Below are positions 24,620 to 37,384 of a stretch of DNA of 64,000 nt, one piece after another (position 1 is the stretch's first letter; each line of letters opens with the position of its first letter). The notes under the pieces are model-generated. The model searched no databases and was not told where the DNA came from. It saw only the letters and a program-made list of their open reading frames with translations. Source of the DNA: Mobula hypostoma (taxonomy: Eukaryota). The stretch spans positions 69,008,001-69,072,000 of the forward strand of contig NC_086108.1 in NCBI RefSeq assembly GCF_963921235.1. The letters are read 5' to 3'. The translations under genes and the position numbers were made by a program.

Positions 24620-25712
24620 ACCATAACACACAAGAACAGAATTAGCCCAATTGACCCATACTCTGCCATTCCATCACTGCTGATTTATTAACTCTCTCAA
24701 CCTCATTATCCTGCCTTCTCCCTGTGAACTTGATGACCTGACAAATCAAGAACCTATCAATCTCTGCTTTAAATATATCTGATGACTTGGCCTCCATTGC
24801 CATCTGTGGCAATGAATTCCACAGATTCACAACACTCATGCTAAAGAAATTCCTCCTCATATCCGCTCTAAATGAACATCCCTCTGTTCTGGTCCTAGAC
24901 TCCCCAACAGCAGGAAACATCCTCTCCACATCAACTCCATTTTAGCCTTTCAATATTCAATAGGTCTCAGTGAGATCCCCCCTTCATTCTTCTAAACTCC
25001 AGCAAGTACAAGCCCAGAGCCAAAACATGCTCCTCAAATGTCAACCCTTTCATTCCCAGAATCATTCTTGTGAACCTCCTCTGGACCCTCTCCAATGCCA
25101 CCATATATTTTCTTAGAGAAGGAGCCCAAAACTGCTCACAACACTCCATGCGGTCTGACCAACGCCTTATAAAGCTGCAGCATTATAACCTTGCTTGTAC
25201 GTTCTAGTCCTCTTGAAATCAACGCCAACATTGTATTTGACTACCTCACCACCAACTCAACCAGCAAGTTAACCTTTAGGGAATCCTGCACAAGGACTCC
25301 CAAGCCCTGATTTTTAAAATTTTCGCCCCGTTTAGAGAATTCTCTTACGCCTTTATTCACGTCCATGCACATCCCTACATGATATTCAATCTGCCACTTC
25401 TACACCCATTCTCCTAATCTGTCTGACCTTCTGCAGACTCCCTGCTTCCTCTACACTGCCAGCCCTCCTACCTGTCTTTGTATTGCGCGCAAACTTGGCC
25501 ATAAAGCCATCAATTCCATCATCTAACTCACTGACATACAACATGAAAAGAAGAGGTCCCAGCACTGCCCCTGCAGAACACCACTAGTCACTGACAGCCA
25601 ACCACAAAAGATGTCCTTTATTCTCACTCTTTGCCTACTGCCAATCAGCCAATCCTCTATTCTTGCTAGTATCCTTCCTGTAATACCATGGACTCTTACC
25701 TTGTTAAGCAGC
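24620..25712 (-). mobile_element. CR1 LINE 3' fragment
   Basis: ECCEQFWAP, LERVQRRFTRMI and RRNFFS motifs on the minus strand; tail at about 24620. Confidence 0.8.
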
Positions 25713-26249
25713 TTTTATAACTTGAACCTTTTTAGAGCCAGGGATCAGATTGCACATGGCACAAAAGAATTAGCTACATCATTTCACAGATTTCATTTAC
25801 TTGGACATACAAACATGACATATTTCCACATTTTAAGAGGGCATCCAAATGACACAATCACAAAGCAACAGTTCAGATGACAAAACCATTTGTTGAAAAA
25901 TACTTATTTTGACTCCATAATTTAATAATGTTTAAAAATGCTCTCGAATAAAATAATTGACTAAATGCCATGCCATTGCCAAAATACTTTCAAAAGGTGA
26001 CCACTAGGAGGTGCATTTTCTCTTTGTGATGAATGCTGGTTCAATTAATCACCTACCTCTCCTTCAACATCCTGAAAACAATCACCAGCAATTAGCTCAG
26101 TAAAAGTAACTTAGTTGATTAACTACAAATTTCTCTAACTTCTATGTAACCACAGGAAATGATGATCACATTGCTGTCTCTCCTCTGATGATCGAAAGGC
26201 AGATTGACTAATACATTGAAAGGTTAAAGGATCGATGAATTATGATAAA

Positions 26250-26432
26250 CCGGAGAAAATCTGCAGATGCTGGATATCCAAGGCAATAGACACAAAATGC
26301 TGGAGAAACTCAACAGGCTAGGCAGTAACTATGGAAAAGAGTAAACAGTCCTGAAGAAGGTGTCAGCCCAAAACCTCAGCTGTTCACTCTCTTCCATAGA
26401 TGCTGCTTTACCTGCTAAGTTCCTGTGTGTGT
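26250..26432. mobile_element. Short Penelope-derived fold-back element, degenerate
   Basis: gagaaaatctgcagatgctgg head, a central cctgaagaagg...ccaaaac hammerhead-like remnant, and an inverted right arm. Confidence 0.6.
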
Positions 26433-26597
26433 TTAAATGAATTATGATATTCTTTGAATATTGCCATTAATTCAGCAATGCTGCTATTTTCTCTCAATTA
26501 TGTTTTGCTGAAATCAAAAATATTTTAAGATTTCATTTCTGATATTTACTTATTTAAATAAATTGATACTACTTGTAAACAATTTACATTCAAACCC

Positions 26598-27903
26598 AAG
26601 GATGTGGTTTCAGGGTACTTGCAGGCACAAGATAAAGAGGCTGTTGGCAGCATGGTTTCCTCAAGGGAAAATCTTGCCTGACAAATCAGTTGGAATTCTT
26701 CGAAGAAATAATAAGCAGGATAGACAAAGGAGAATCGTTTGATGTTGTGCATTTGGATTTTCCAAAGGCCGTTAGCAAAGTGCCACACGAGGCTGCCTAA
26801 CAAACTACAAACCCATGGTATTACAGGGAAGATTCTAGCAGGGACAAAGCAGTGGCTGAATGGCAGGAAGCAAAGAGTGGGAATAAAGGGAGCCTTTTCT
26901 GGTTGGCTGCCAGTGACTAGTGGTGTTACACAAGGGTCTGTATTGTGAACATTTTTTTTTATTTTACATCTCGATGATTTGGGTGATGGAATTGACGGTT
27001 TTGTTGCAAAGTTTGCAGATGATAAAAGATAGGTGGAGGGGCAGATAGTTTTGAGGCTACAAAAGGAGTTAGATGTATTAAGAGAATGGGCAAAGTGGTA
27101 GATGGAATATAGTGTTGGGAAGTGTATAGTCATGCACTTTGATAAAATAAATGAAAGGCTTGACTATTTTCTAAATGGAAAGTACAAAAATACTGAGGCG
27201 CAAGGGAACTTGGGGTTCTTGTACAGGATTTCCTAAAGGCTACTTTGCTGGTTGAGTCTGTGGTGAAGAAAAAATGCAATGTTAGCACTCATTTCAAGAC
27301 AGAATATAAAAGCATGGACGTAATGTTTAGCACTGATGAGGCCTCACTTAGAGTATTGTGAGCAGTTTTGGGCCCCTCATCTTGGAAAGAATGTGCTGAA
27401 ACTGGACAGGATTAAAAGGAGGTTGTCGAAAATTATTCCAGGTTTGAACGGCTTCTCACATGAAGAGTGTATGATGGCTCTGGGCCTGTATTCACTGGAA
27501 TTCAGAATTAGGGGTGACCTCATTGAAGGCTAAAGAATGTTGAAAGGTCTCAATAGAATGGATGTGGTGAGGATGTTTCCTACGGTGGGAGAGTCTAAGA
27601 CCAGAGGACACAGCCTCAGAATAAAAGGGCATCTTTTAGGATAGAGATGAGGAGGAATTTCTTTAGCCAGAGAGTGGTGTATTTGTGGGGTTCGTTGCCA
27701 CAGGCATCTGTGGAGGCCAAGTCTGTATGTATATCTAAGGCAGACTTTGATAGATTCTTGATTGGTCAGGGCAACAAGGGATACAGGGAGAAGACAGGAG
27801 ACTGGAGCCGAGAGGAATATTGGATCAGCCATGATTAAACGACAGAGCAGATTCAATGGGTCAAATGGCCTAATTCTACTGCTGTGGCTTATGATGTTAT
27901 GGT
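26598..27903 (+). mobile_element. CR1 LINE 3' fragment
   Basis: GWLPVTSGVTQGSVL, RPHLEYCEQFWAP and RRNFFSQRVV motifs; tail cttatgatgttatggtc. Confidence 0.85.
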
Positions 27904-28364
27904 CAAACTCGCAAGATTGAAACATAAACCTACAATGGAAGAATTGCACCAAATATGCGTATTTAACAAAACATCAAAGTCAAATCTAATCACCCTGCAT
28001 TTTGGTCTATAACATTTTGGTGAATGCCTCATCCCATACTCTCACTCCATCATCCAAGGATCCCATTCCTTCTCCTTTCTCCCTCTCTGATCCTATCCCC
28101 ACACCCAACCTACCCCTTCCACTTGCCTTGTACAGTGCCAGTCTCCACGTTTGCTCTCCGCCATCGACTCCGCTCCCAACTTCCCACATACACTCACCCC
28201 ATAGGACTAACATTCCTCACAGCCTGTCACTTGTCCACTCACCAATCATCCCATATCTCCACTGACCCATTCAGTACTTAATCAAACTTCATCCAATAGC
28301 AACTCCCAAACTCCTCCACAACAATCTCATCCCCTGCCCCCTAACCACCACCACGCATCCAAGA

Positions 28365-28672
28365 GCCACAGTCCCCTGCTCCCCCACAAGACCCCTGCCA
28401 CCAGCTGAGGTCCCCTACTCCAAGCAAAGCCCAACCACCAGCCATGGTTTTCTACTCCTAATATGACCCCTACCACCACCTGTGATTCCCTACTCCTAAC
28501 ATGACACCCCCCCCCCACTGGCCACGGTTACCAGCTCCTAACAGTACTCCCACCCCAACCTCCAGCGGTACCTTGCTCCTATCAAGACATCCCCCACCCC
28601 ATCCGTGGTCCCCTGCTCCTAACAAGACCCCACCACCTCTCCCAGCTGTGGTCCCCTGTTCCTAACTTCCGC
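28365..28672. repeat. Degenerate ~37-42-bp minisatellite in FAF1 intron 1
   Basis: About 8 copies of a unit resembling gtggtcccctgctcctaacaagaccccaccacc. Confidence 0.7.
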
Positions 28673-29099
28673 CACCAAATCCCCTCCAAACACACGCAAA
28701 ATTGCAAGCTTCTCGTCGTATTATTGGTCTTTAACGTGGTCATTTACAACAAGGCTGCACACGATTCTTTCGCCTATATATTCCTGATGCCTGCAACTTT
28801 GCATTAATAAATTAGTTTGTTCAGTGGATTGTGGAAAAATAAAGATTGTAAGCAAATAGGCTCATTTCTATAAACCTTGTCATGGAACAAGACAGACAGT
28901 GAGAAACAATACCCCATCATCTGCGCAGTTCACGTGAGGATACATAGTCAGAAAGAGAGAGAAGGGAGCCGGGCTCATCTCAGATATTACCTTCGGGTGC
29001 GAACATGTGGGCAATTATTTACATGACAACTAGGTAACCAGTCGGTGACATCTATCGTTCAGCTGAAAACACACACTAAAGTTCCCCCTGCATTCACAG

Positions 29100-29560
29100 T
29101 TGGTAAGAGGGAACGCGTGAAGGAACGTTACAAGCCCCAGACGTACCTGGAAGTCGGCGAGAATCATCTCCCGATCCATGGCCGCCATCGTGGTGTTTCT
29201 GTGCCCCGCGCTCGGCCGCCCCCCGCACAGGGACGTCTGCTCCCAGTGCACCCACCACACTCATCAACGAAAACACGCAGCCACGGTCAGCGATCCAGCC
29301 GCACAACAAGCTCAGTAATCAAACAAGTATCCAGAGTGACTGCAGCCAAAGATATCCTATACGGCTTCTGCCGGGGCAAACAATGCCAATTGATACCCCT
29401 CCGCTAGGAATGAGCTTACCCGTATCCTTTACGGCAGCGTCGTTCACTAAATTTGCTTGTCACGCTGTCGTGAAGGGAAATAAACGTCGCGTTTACGGCA
29501 GCGTCTCCACGTGACGCAGCTGTCAATGGGTTGCCCTTCCCCGCCATCCGTGTCCGAGAA
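29100..29560 (-). promoter_or_regulatory. CpG-rich FAF1 promoter / 5' UTR
   Basis: CpG-dense non-TE tract around the FAF1 start codon. It contains TTTACGGCAGCGTC twice (29428-29441, 29492-29505) and a CCACGTGACGCA E-box/CRE-like motif (29507-29518). Confidence 0.75.
29147..29188 (-). CDS. FAF1: FAS-associated factor 1, coding exon 1
   Basis: Minus strand reads cacgATG GCG GCC ATG GAT CGG GAG ATG ATT CTC GCC GAC TTC CAG|GTACGT = MAAMDREMILADFQ. This matches the vertebrate FAF1 N-terminus (MASNMDREMILADFQ), with good Kozak context, a phase-0 GT donor and a CpG-rich setting. Confidence 0.95.
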
Positions 29561-32500
29561 GCTCTCTTCCCTCACCCTTCATTTTCCTTTGCCTTCCCCG
29601 GCACCGACCCCTGCGTTTTCCTCCTCTCCCCGTCCTGGCACTGCACTCCCATCCTTATGGCCTCCTTATCACCCTGACTTTTCCTCTATCCCACCCCGTA
29701 TTCTACCCCTTCCTCATCTAGTTTCCGCACCTTACACCCTTATGCTGTTCCTCCATCTAACTTGCATCCCATCTGGTGTACTCTCCCCAAGCCCCTGACA
29801 TTCCATCCCCATTTCCTGCAATGTTCTCTCCCCAGCTCCTAGATCTATCCACCATCCTTACGTCCCTTCACGTGTTTTCTCTTCCTATCCTACTGGCGCT
29901 CCACTCTCCTATCTTCTCCTCCTCCACTCTCTTAAATCCCTGCACCACAATCCAAACTCTGCTTTCCCGTCTCACACACACACACACTCCTCCTATCCTG
30001 CACTCTTTTTTCCCTTTACCTTCTGCTCTCTGTCCTCCCATTCCTCGCACTCGCTCAACATTCTTGCTGTTCTTCATTCCCCACCACTCTTTCTTTCTGC
30101 CCAGAGCATTCTCTATTTGTCCCCATCTTCTCCAGTGCACTGGCTCTCTCTCTCTTGCTTTAATGTTCGTTTTCTCTCTCATTTCCCCTTCCCACTTGCA
30201 GTCTGTCTCTTCCTCACCACCCCCCCCCGCATGGATTTATGGATTTCAGCTCCAAACACACACTGTGCAAACTCATAAGTAATTGATGATCATTTTTATT
30301 GTGTTAGTGCAGTGTTTCACCACCTATTGAGCATTCATCTTCATCCAGAAGAATCAATGTAATAATTCAACTCGATATTGTTATAAGGAATCAACAGAAG
30401 CCATTTCTCAGTAATTTTATTTAATTCAATTTCTTTTTGAAAAGTATCTTGAAGTGCTGGATACTATAAAGAATATGATACTACACAACATTCCAGCTAT
30501 AGTACTGAAGATTTGCAGTCCAAAACTAGCCTTGATAGTGGCCAACACTCAACATGTGGAAAATTGCCCAAGTATGTCCCATTCATTAAAAAAAAAGCCC
30601 TACTCATTACCATCCGATCACCTAGACTGTCATCAGCAAAATGCTGAGAGATATCATTACTCACTCGTTCAACAATGTTTAGTTTCACATATTGGGATCA
30701 CGTGATTCATGATTCTAATGATATTTAGAGACAGCATCTAAGGTGCCTTTATTTAAGAAGTCAATAGGGATAACACAGATTGGTTGGTGAATCTACAGTC
30801 AATGTATGGAAAAAAATTCTGAGGAACACAATTAAACTACCCTTGCAAAGGCAATGATTAATCAAAGATAATCTTCATATTCTTGTTAGGGGGAAAAGTC
30901 TGCCTAATCAATCTGATTAAAATTTCACAGCATCAATGAAAGTGGGGCAGTTGATATGGCCAATGTTGTAATCTATACAGACTATACAGATCTGATGTAG
31001 CCACATCATATATAGCTTATGATGTGGCTACATCAGAACCAGATCCATGGGTTCCAATTCAAGGCAGAGAATCATGGGTTTGTTCTTATGACTAGAAACA
31101 TTAACCAGTGGTAAACTACAGGGATTGGTACTAGGACCATTACTATTTGAGATTGGATATAGCTCAACACATCACAAAAACCAAGCTCCCTATCAAATAC
31201 TCCATCTATACTTCTCACTCCCTTTATAAAGCATTCAACACAATCAAAGACTCCTTCCACCTAGGCATTCTGCCTGCTTCACTCTACATCTCTCATTGGG
31301 CAGAGGATACAAAAGCCTGAAAGCATTACCACCAGGGTCAAGGAATACTTGAGACTATTGAATGAGCCTCTGGTAATGATAAAATTAACTTTTGACCTCA
31401 GGATCTACCATGTGTTAGAGGGTATTCTGGAGTAATGTGAACATAGCAGATAATAATTCAAGTAAGGACCCGTACTTATTGTAAATTGCAAGCAGTAAAT
31501 TGAAGTTAAAAATACAGGCTGGCCCATAAACTAAGATAAATGGTTTGCAAAATGGAGACCATGAGACGATTGCATGTGCATCAGCCAAATAATAAGAAAA
31601 TGGAGTTGCATTAACTGGCCTCCATCAATCCAGGGAAAATGGACTTAAGTAATTTGCACCATTATAAACAAGTTGAAGAAAGCTTGCAGAGCAGATAGAT
31701 ACTATCACTTAGCTCTATCAATAGTTGGGCACTTGGCTCTCTGTCATCAGAAGTTTTTAGAATAACTGTGTTAATTAGGTTCTCTCAGAAAAAGGTGCTT
31801 GAACCTTCAGAGTTGTCTTATCAATTTTCAATGTGCTTTTATTGTAAATAAGTACCTCAAAGGAACCATTTGTCAACCCAAAATATTGAAGTAAATTATA
31901 TCATTGTAACTATTGAAATTGTATTGAATCCTGTGGATAGCCAGAGGCTTTTTCCCAGGGCTGAAATGGTTAACACGAGGGGGCATAGTTTTAAGGTGCT
32001 TGGAAAGTAAGTACAAGGAGAATGTCAGAAGTAAGTTTTTCATACAGTGGCGGGTGCGTGGAATGCACAGCTAGCGAAGGTGGTCGAGGTGGATACGATC
32101 GAGTCTTTTAAGAGACTCTTAGTTGGGTCCATGGAGCTTAGCAAAATACTGAGGGCTATGCAGTAGCGAAATTCTAGGCAGTTCTTAGAGTACACCACAG
32201 GCGGATTACAGGGCTGTGTGCTTAGCCCCGCCCCCCCCACCCGCTTTATACTTAAAACAATGAGGCTAAGCATCGCTCACTACCATAGTTACATTTGCTG
32301 GTGACACTACTGTCGCTGGATAATCAAAGGTGGTGTCAAATCAGCATATAGTAGGGAGATTGAAAATCTAGCTAAGTGGTGCCACAACAACCTCTTACTC
32401 AATGTCAGCAAGACCAAGGAGTCGGTTACTGACTTCAGGAGAAGGAAACCACAGACGCGTGAACCAGTCATCATCAAAGGATCCGAGTGGAGATGGTCAC

Positions 32501-33177
32501 CAGCTTTAAATTCCTCATTGTTATCATTTCAGCGGACCTGTCCTGGGTCCAGCATGTAAGTACCATTACGAAGAAAGCATAGCAGAGCTCTACTTCCTTA
32601 GAAGTTTGCAAAAATTTGACATGTCATCTAAAACTTTGACAAACTTTGGGAGATATGTAGTAGAAAATATATTGGCCGGTTGCATCATAGACTGGTATGG
32701 AAATACCAATTCCTTTAAATGGAAAATCCAACAGAAAGTAATGGATACAGCTCAATTCATCATGGGTAAAGCCCTCCCCAGCAATGAGTACAGCTACATC
32801 GGGTGCTGTCGCAGAAAAGCAGCATCCATCATTAAGACCATGCTCTCTTCTCACTGCTGCCGTCAGGAAGAAGCCTCAGGACTCACACCACCAGGCTCAG
32901 GAACAGTTATTACCCCTCAACCATCAGGCTCTTGAACCAAAAGGGATAGCTTAACTCAACTTCACTCGTCCCTTCACTGAACTGTTCTCACAACTTATGG
33001 ACTTACTTTCAAGGACTCTTCATCACATATCCTTGATATTTAATGCTTATTTATTTATTTATTATCACTACTATTATTATTATTTTCCTTTTGTATTTAC
33101 ACAGCTTGTTGTCTTTTGTACAGTGGTTGTTTGTCCGTAATGTTGGAAATGGTCTTTCATTGCGGTTCTTGTATTTA

Positions 33178-35640
33178 CATAGAACATAGAACATAGAATA
33201 GTACAGCACAGTACAGGCCCTTCGGCCCACAATGTTGTGCCGACCCTCAAACCCTGCCTCCCATATAAGCCCCCACCTTAGATTCCTCCATATACCTGTC
33301 TAGTAGTCTCTTAAACTTCATTAGTGTATCTGCCTCCACCACTGACTCAGGCAGTGTATTCCACGCACCAACCACTCTCTGAGTAAAAAACCTTCCTCTA
33401 ATATTCCCCTTGAACTTCTCACCCCTTACCTTAAAGCCATGTCCTCTTGTATTGAGCAGTGGTGCCCTGGGGAAGAGGCGCTGACTATGCACTCTATCTA
33501 TTGCTCTTATTATCTTGTACACCTCTATCATGTCTCCTCTCATCCTCCTTCTCTCCAATGAGTAAAGCCCTAGCTCCCTTAATCCCTGATCATAATGCAT
33601 ACTTTCTAAACCAGGCAGCATCCTGGTAAATCTCCTCTGTACCCTTTCCAATGCTTCCACATCCTTCCTATAGTGAGGTGACCAGAACTGGACACAATAC
33701 TCCAAGTGTGGCCTAACCAGAGTTTTACAGAGCTGCATTATTACATGCAACACACATCAAAGTTGCTGGTGAACGCAGCAGGCCAGGCAGCATCTATAGG
33801 AAGAGGCGCAGTCGACGTTTCAGGCCGAGACCCTTCGCAGGTCCTGACGAAGGGTCTCGGCCTGAAACATCGACTGCGCCTCTTCCTATAGATGCTGCCT
33901 GGCCTGCTGCGTTCACCAGCAACTTTGATGTGTGTTGCTTGAATTTCCAGCATCTGCAGAATTCCTGTTGTTTGCATTATTACATCGCGACTCTTAAACT
34001 CTATCCCTCGACTTATGAAAGCTAACACCCCATAAGCTTTCTTAACTACTCTATTCACCTGTGAGGCAACTTTCAGGGATCTGTGGACATGTACCCCGAG
34101 ATCCTTCTGCTCCTCCACACTACCAAGTATCCTGCCATTTACTTTGTACTCTGCCTTGGAGTTTGTCCTTCTAAAGTGTATAACCTCACACTTCTCCGGG
34201 TTGAACTCCATCTGCCACTTCTCAGCCCACTTCTGCATCCTATCAATGTCTCTCTGCAATCTTTGACAATCCTCTACACTATCTACAACACCACCAACCT
34301 TTGTGTCATCTGCAAACTTGCCAACCCACCCTTCTACCCCCACATCCAGGTCGTTAATAAAAATGAGGAAAAGTAGAGGTCCCAGAACAGATCCTTGTGG
34401 GACACCACTAGTCACAATCCTTCAATCTGAATGTACTCCCTACACCACCACCCTCTGCCTTCTGCAGGCAAGCCAATTCTGAATCCACCTGGCCAAACTT
34501 CCCTGGATCCCATGCCTTCTGACTTTCTGAATAAGCCTACCATGTGGAACCTTGTCAAATGCTTTACTAAAATCCATGTAGATCACATCCACTGCACTAC
34601 CCTCATCTATATGCCTGGTAACCTCCTCAAAGAACTCTATCAGGCTTGTTAGACACGATCTGCCCTTCACAAAGCCATGCTGACTGTCCCCGATCAGACC
34701 ATGATTCTCTAAATGCCTATAGATCCTATCTCTAAGAATCTTTTCCAACAGCTTTCCCACCACAGACGTAAGGCTCTCTGGTCTATAATTACCCAGACTA
34801 TCCCTACTACCTTTTTTGAACAAGGGAACAACATTCGCCTCCCTCCAATCCTCTGGTACCATTCCCGTGGACAACGAGGACATAAAGATCCTAGCCAGAG
34901 GCTCAGCAATCTCTTCTCTCGCCTCATGGAGCAGCCTGGGGAATATTCCATCAGGCCCCAGGGACTTATCTGTCCTAATGTATTTTAACAACTCCAACAC
35001 CTCCTCTCCCTTAATACCAGCATGCTCCAGAACATCAACCACACTCATATTGTCCTCACCATCATCAAGTTCCCTCTCATTGGTGAATACCGAAGAGAAG
35101 TATTCATTGAGGACCTCGCTCACTTCCACAGCCTCCAGGCACATCTTCCCACCTTTATCTCTAATCGGTCCTACCTTCACTCCTGTCATCCTTTTTTTCT
35201 TCACATAATTGAAGAATGCCTTGGGGTTTTCCTTTACCCTACTCGCCAAGGCCTTCTCATGCCCCCTTCTTGCTCTTCTCAGCCCCTCTTAAGCTCCTTT
35301 CTTGCTTCCCTATATTCCTCAATAGACCCAGCTGATCCTTGCTTCCTAAACCTCATGTATGCTGCCTTCTTCCTCCTGACTAGATTTTCCACCTCACTTG
35401 TCACCCATGGTTCCTTCACCCTACCATTCCTTATCTTCCTCACCGGGACAAATTTATCCCTTACATCCCGCAAGAGATCTCTAAACATCAACCACACGTC
35501 CATAGTACATTTCCCTGCAAAAACATCATCCCAATTCACAGCTGCAAGTTCTAGCCTTACAGCCTCATAATTTGCCTTTCCCCAATTAAAAATTTTTCCT
35601 GTCCTCTTTGATTCTATCCTTTTCCATGATAATTATAAAG
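33178..35640 (-). mobile_element. CR1 LINE, 5'-truncated, relatively young
   Basis: ORF2 segments 35279-35539, 34440-35249, 33986-34415 and 33247-33746, with a (TTCTATG)n tail at 33178-33200. Confidence 0.92.
33747..33972. mobile_element. 226-bp palindromic Penelope-derived element
   Basis: ~91-bp near-perfect inverted arms around a 10-nt spacer and a 13-bp TSD TGCATTATTACAT (33734-33746, 33973-33985). It splits the CR1 ORF at DVIMQ|L. Confidence 0.9.
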
Positions 35641-37384
35641 GCCATGATAATTACTGTGAATGCCAGCAAGAAAATGAATCTTAGGGTTGTATATGTGAAC
35701 ATATAAGAACTTTGATAATGAATTTATTTTGAACTTAGAAATTTGAACTTTTGATGAAGGCAAACAAAATTATGTGGGGCAAAATTGAGTCGATACTGAG
35801 GAACTATTCTCCTTAGCATAGGTGTTTAAAATAAGAAGGCATGAGTTTTGAGGTAAGGGAAGAGGTTCAGAGAGGTTCTAAGAATGAATTTTTTCACATA
35901 GAAGTTAGTTAAACCTGGAATACACATCTCAGTGGGTGGTAGAGGCAAGTATCATTCACAACTTCTAGATGTGCACTTTGAGTTGTCAAGCTGAGAAAGG
36001 TATGAAGCCATTTTCTGGGACTGGTAGACATGGATGCTTGACATTCAGTCTGGAATGTGGGACTAGGGATATGCTTCTGTGCTATATGATTTAATGAGAG
36101 ATGTCGAACCACAGGCAAGACTAAAATAGAGACTGCCCTGAGAAATCAAATCAGAGATATATAATTAGCACTCAATGCTGACCGCAGCTAGTCAAGTCCT
36201 AGACCTATGCTATTTAATATAAACACTAATTATTCATGTGCATTTGGGTTTGACTTGGAGTAAATTTCATTGCAATCCATAGCATTGGAGAGCACAAGGT
36301 GAACTTTTTGTTCAACATTAAACTCACAGTAGCCGCGTACTGCTACGTGTAACACATGCATTCCACAATGTCTCTGTTTGGGCAGAACAGGAGAAGAAGA
36401 GGCAAAAGCAAAGCAAGTGGAAGGAAGAAAAAGTCCTCAACCAAAAGTCTTTGGTGAGCCACTCTTTCACCTCCATAAGCTGAGAAATAATGGGTGTGGG
36501 TACTATGGCTTTCGAAGGCATGGACACTGGGATATATGTATCTACGGGCTGGATTCCTGCCACAACCCCATGCCTGAACTGCCGTCCCAGGGATGTAAAT
36601 GTCATCCTGGCTTTTTTTAGTCACTAAATCAATCCAGGCAGTGGCAAGTGATATTTGCCACATATTGCATTTGGCAGCTCTCTGCTTCAGAAATCAAAGA
36701 GAAATGAACTCAAAAGAATGTGTAAGAGGAGGTTATCAACTTCAAAAAAAGTTGAAGGAAACTGCCGTTCAATTTTCACGCAGAGTATTTCATTTTGCAA
36801 TTTGATTGGAGCACTCACAAAAACTTCTGCACCTCGCAAACATAACCCTGACCTGCAACGCCTAAAAAGCCATGGATAACTTTCACGTGTATACTTTAGC
36901 AAAGGCAAGATGAAGTCTGTATCGCACTTGGAAGTGTATTCTTTCTCTTCTGTGTGTTCGCTCATTCAGTTTAATGCAGCCTTCCCAAAACAGCATTAGA
37001 ACTTCTGAACCACAAGCACTGCAATTGGTTGGGAGGATGTCCTCACACTCTGATTGCCAATTAGGGATGAACGACAAGTGCAGGAATGCTCAATTCAAAC
37101 AAGTGATAACAAATTAAAGAAATAATACAGTTCCTACATACAGATCCTACCTCTAGGTTGCTGCCATACTTGGAGGAGCAGGATGTTCGTGTTCCCTTCT
37201 CCCTCCTCATCATGGTGAGGGGAGGAGAAATATAAAAGGGCTCATTCAGCCACCCAAGTGTTATGAGATGGGAGAGAGTACGGCATCAGAGACCTACAAT
37301 GTGAGAAGGAAGGTTCGATATGACTATGCCATCAGACTTAATAGTATGCAATTCATCACTGGCTGGTGGTTGTGTGACAACCAA

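Larger units (their letters stand above)
32195..35750 (+). mobile_element. Rex1/Babar-type LINE 3' part, split by a CR1 at 33178-35653
   Basis: FAGDTTV and ENILAGCIIDWYGN motifs. The 3' UTR gtatttac|tgtgaatgcc is interrupted and resumes at about 35652. Confidence 0.75.

Noticed and set aside
28365..28672. CRISPR-like array
   Set aside because: Eukaryotic context, degenerate tandem units without unique spacers, and no cas genes.
29511..30282. Pro/Ser/Leu-rich ORFs upstream of FAF1
   Set aside because: A low-complexity pyrimidine tract lacks stops by composition; there is no recognisable domain.
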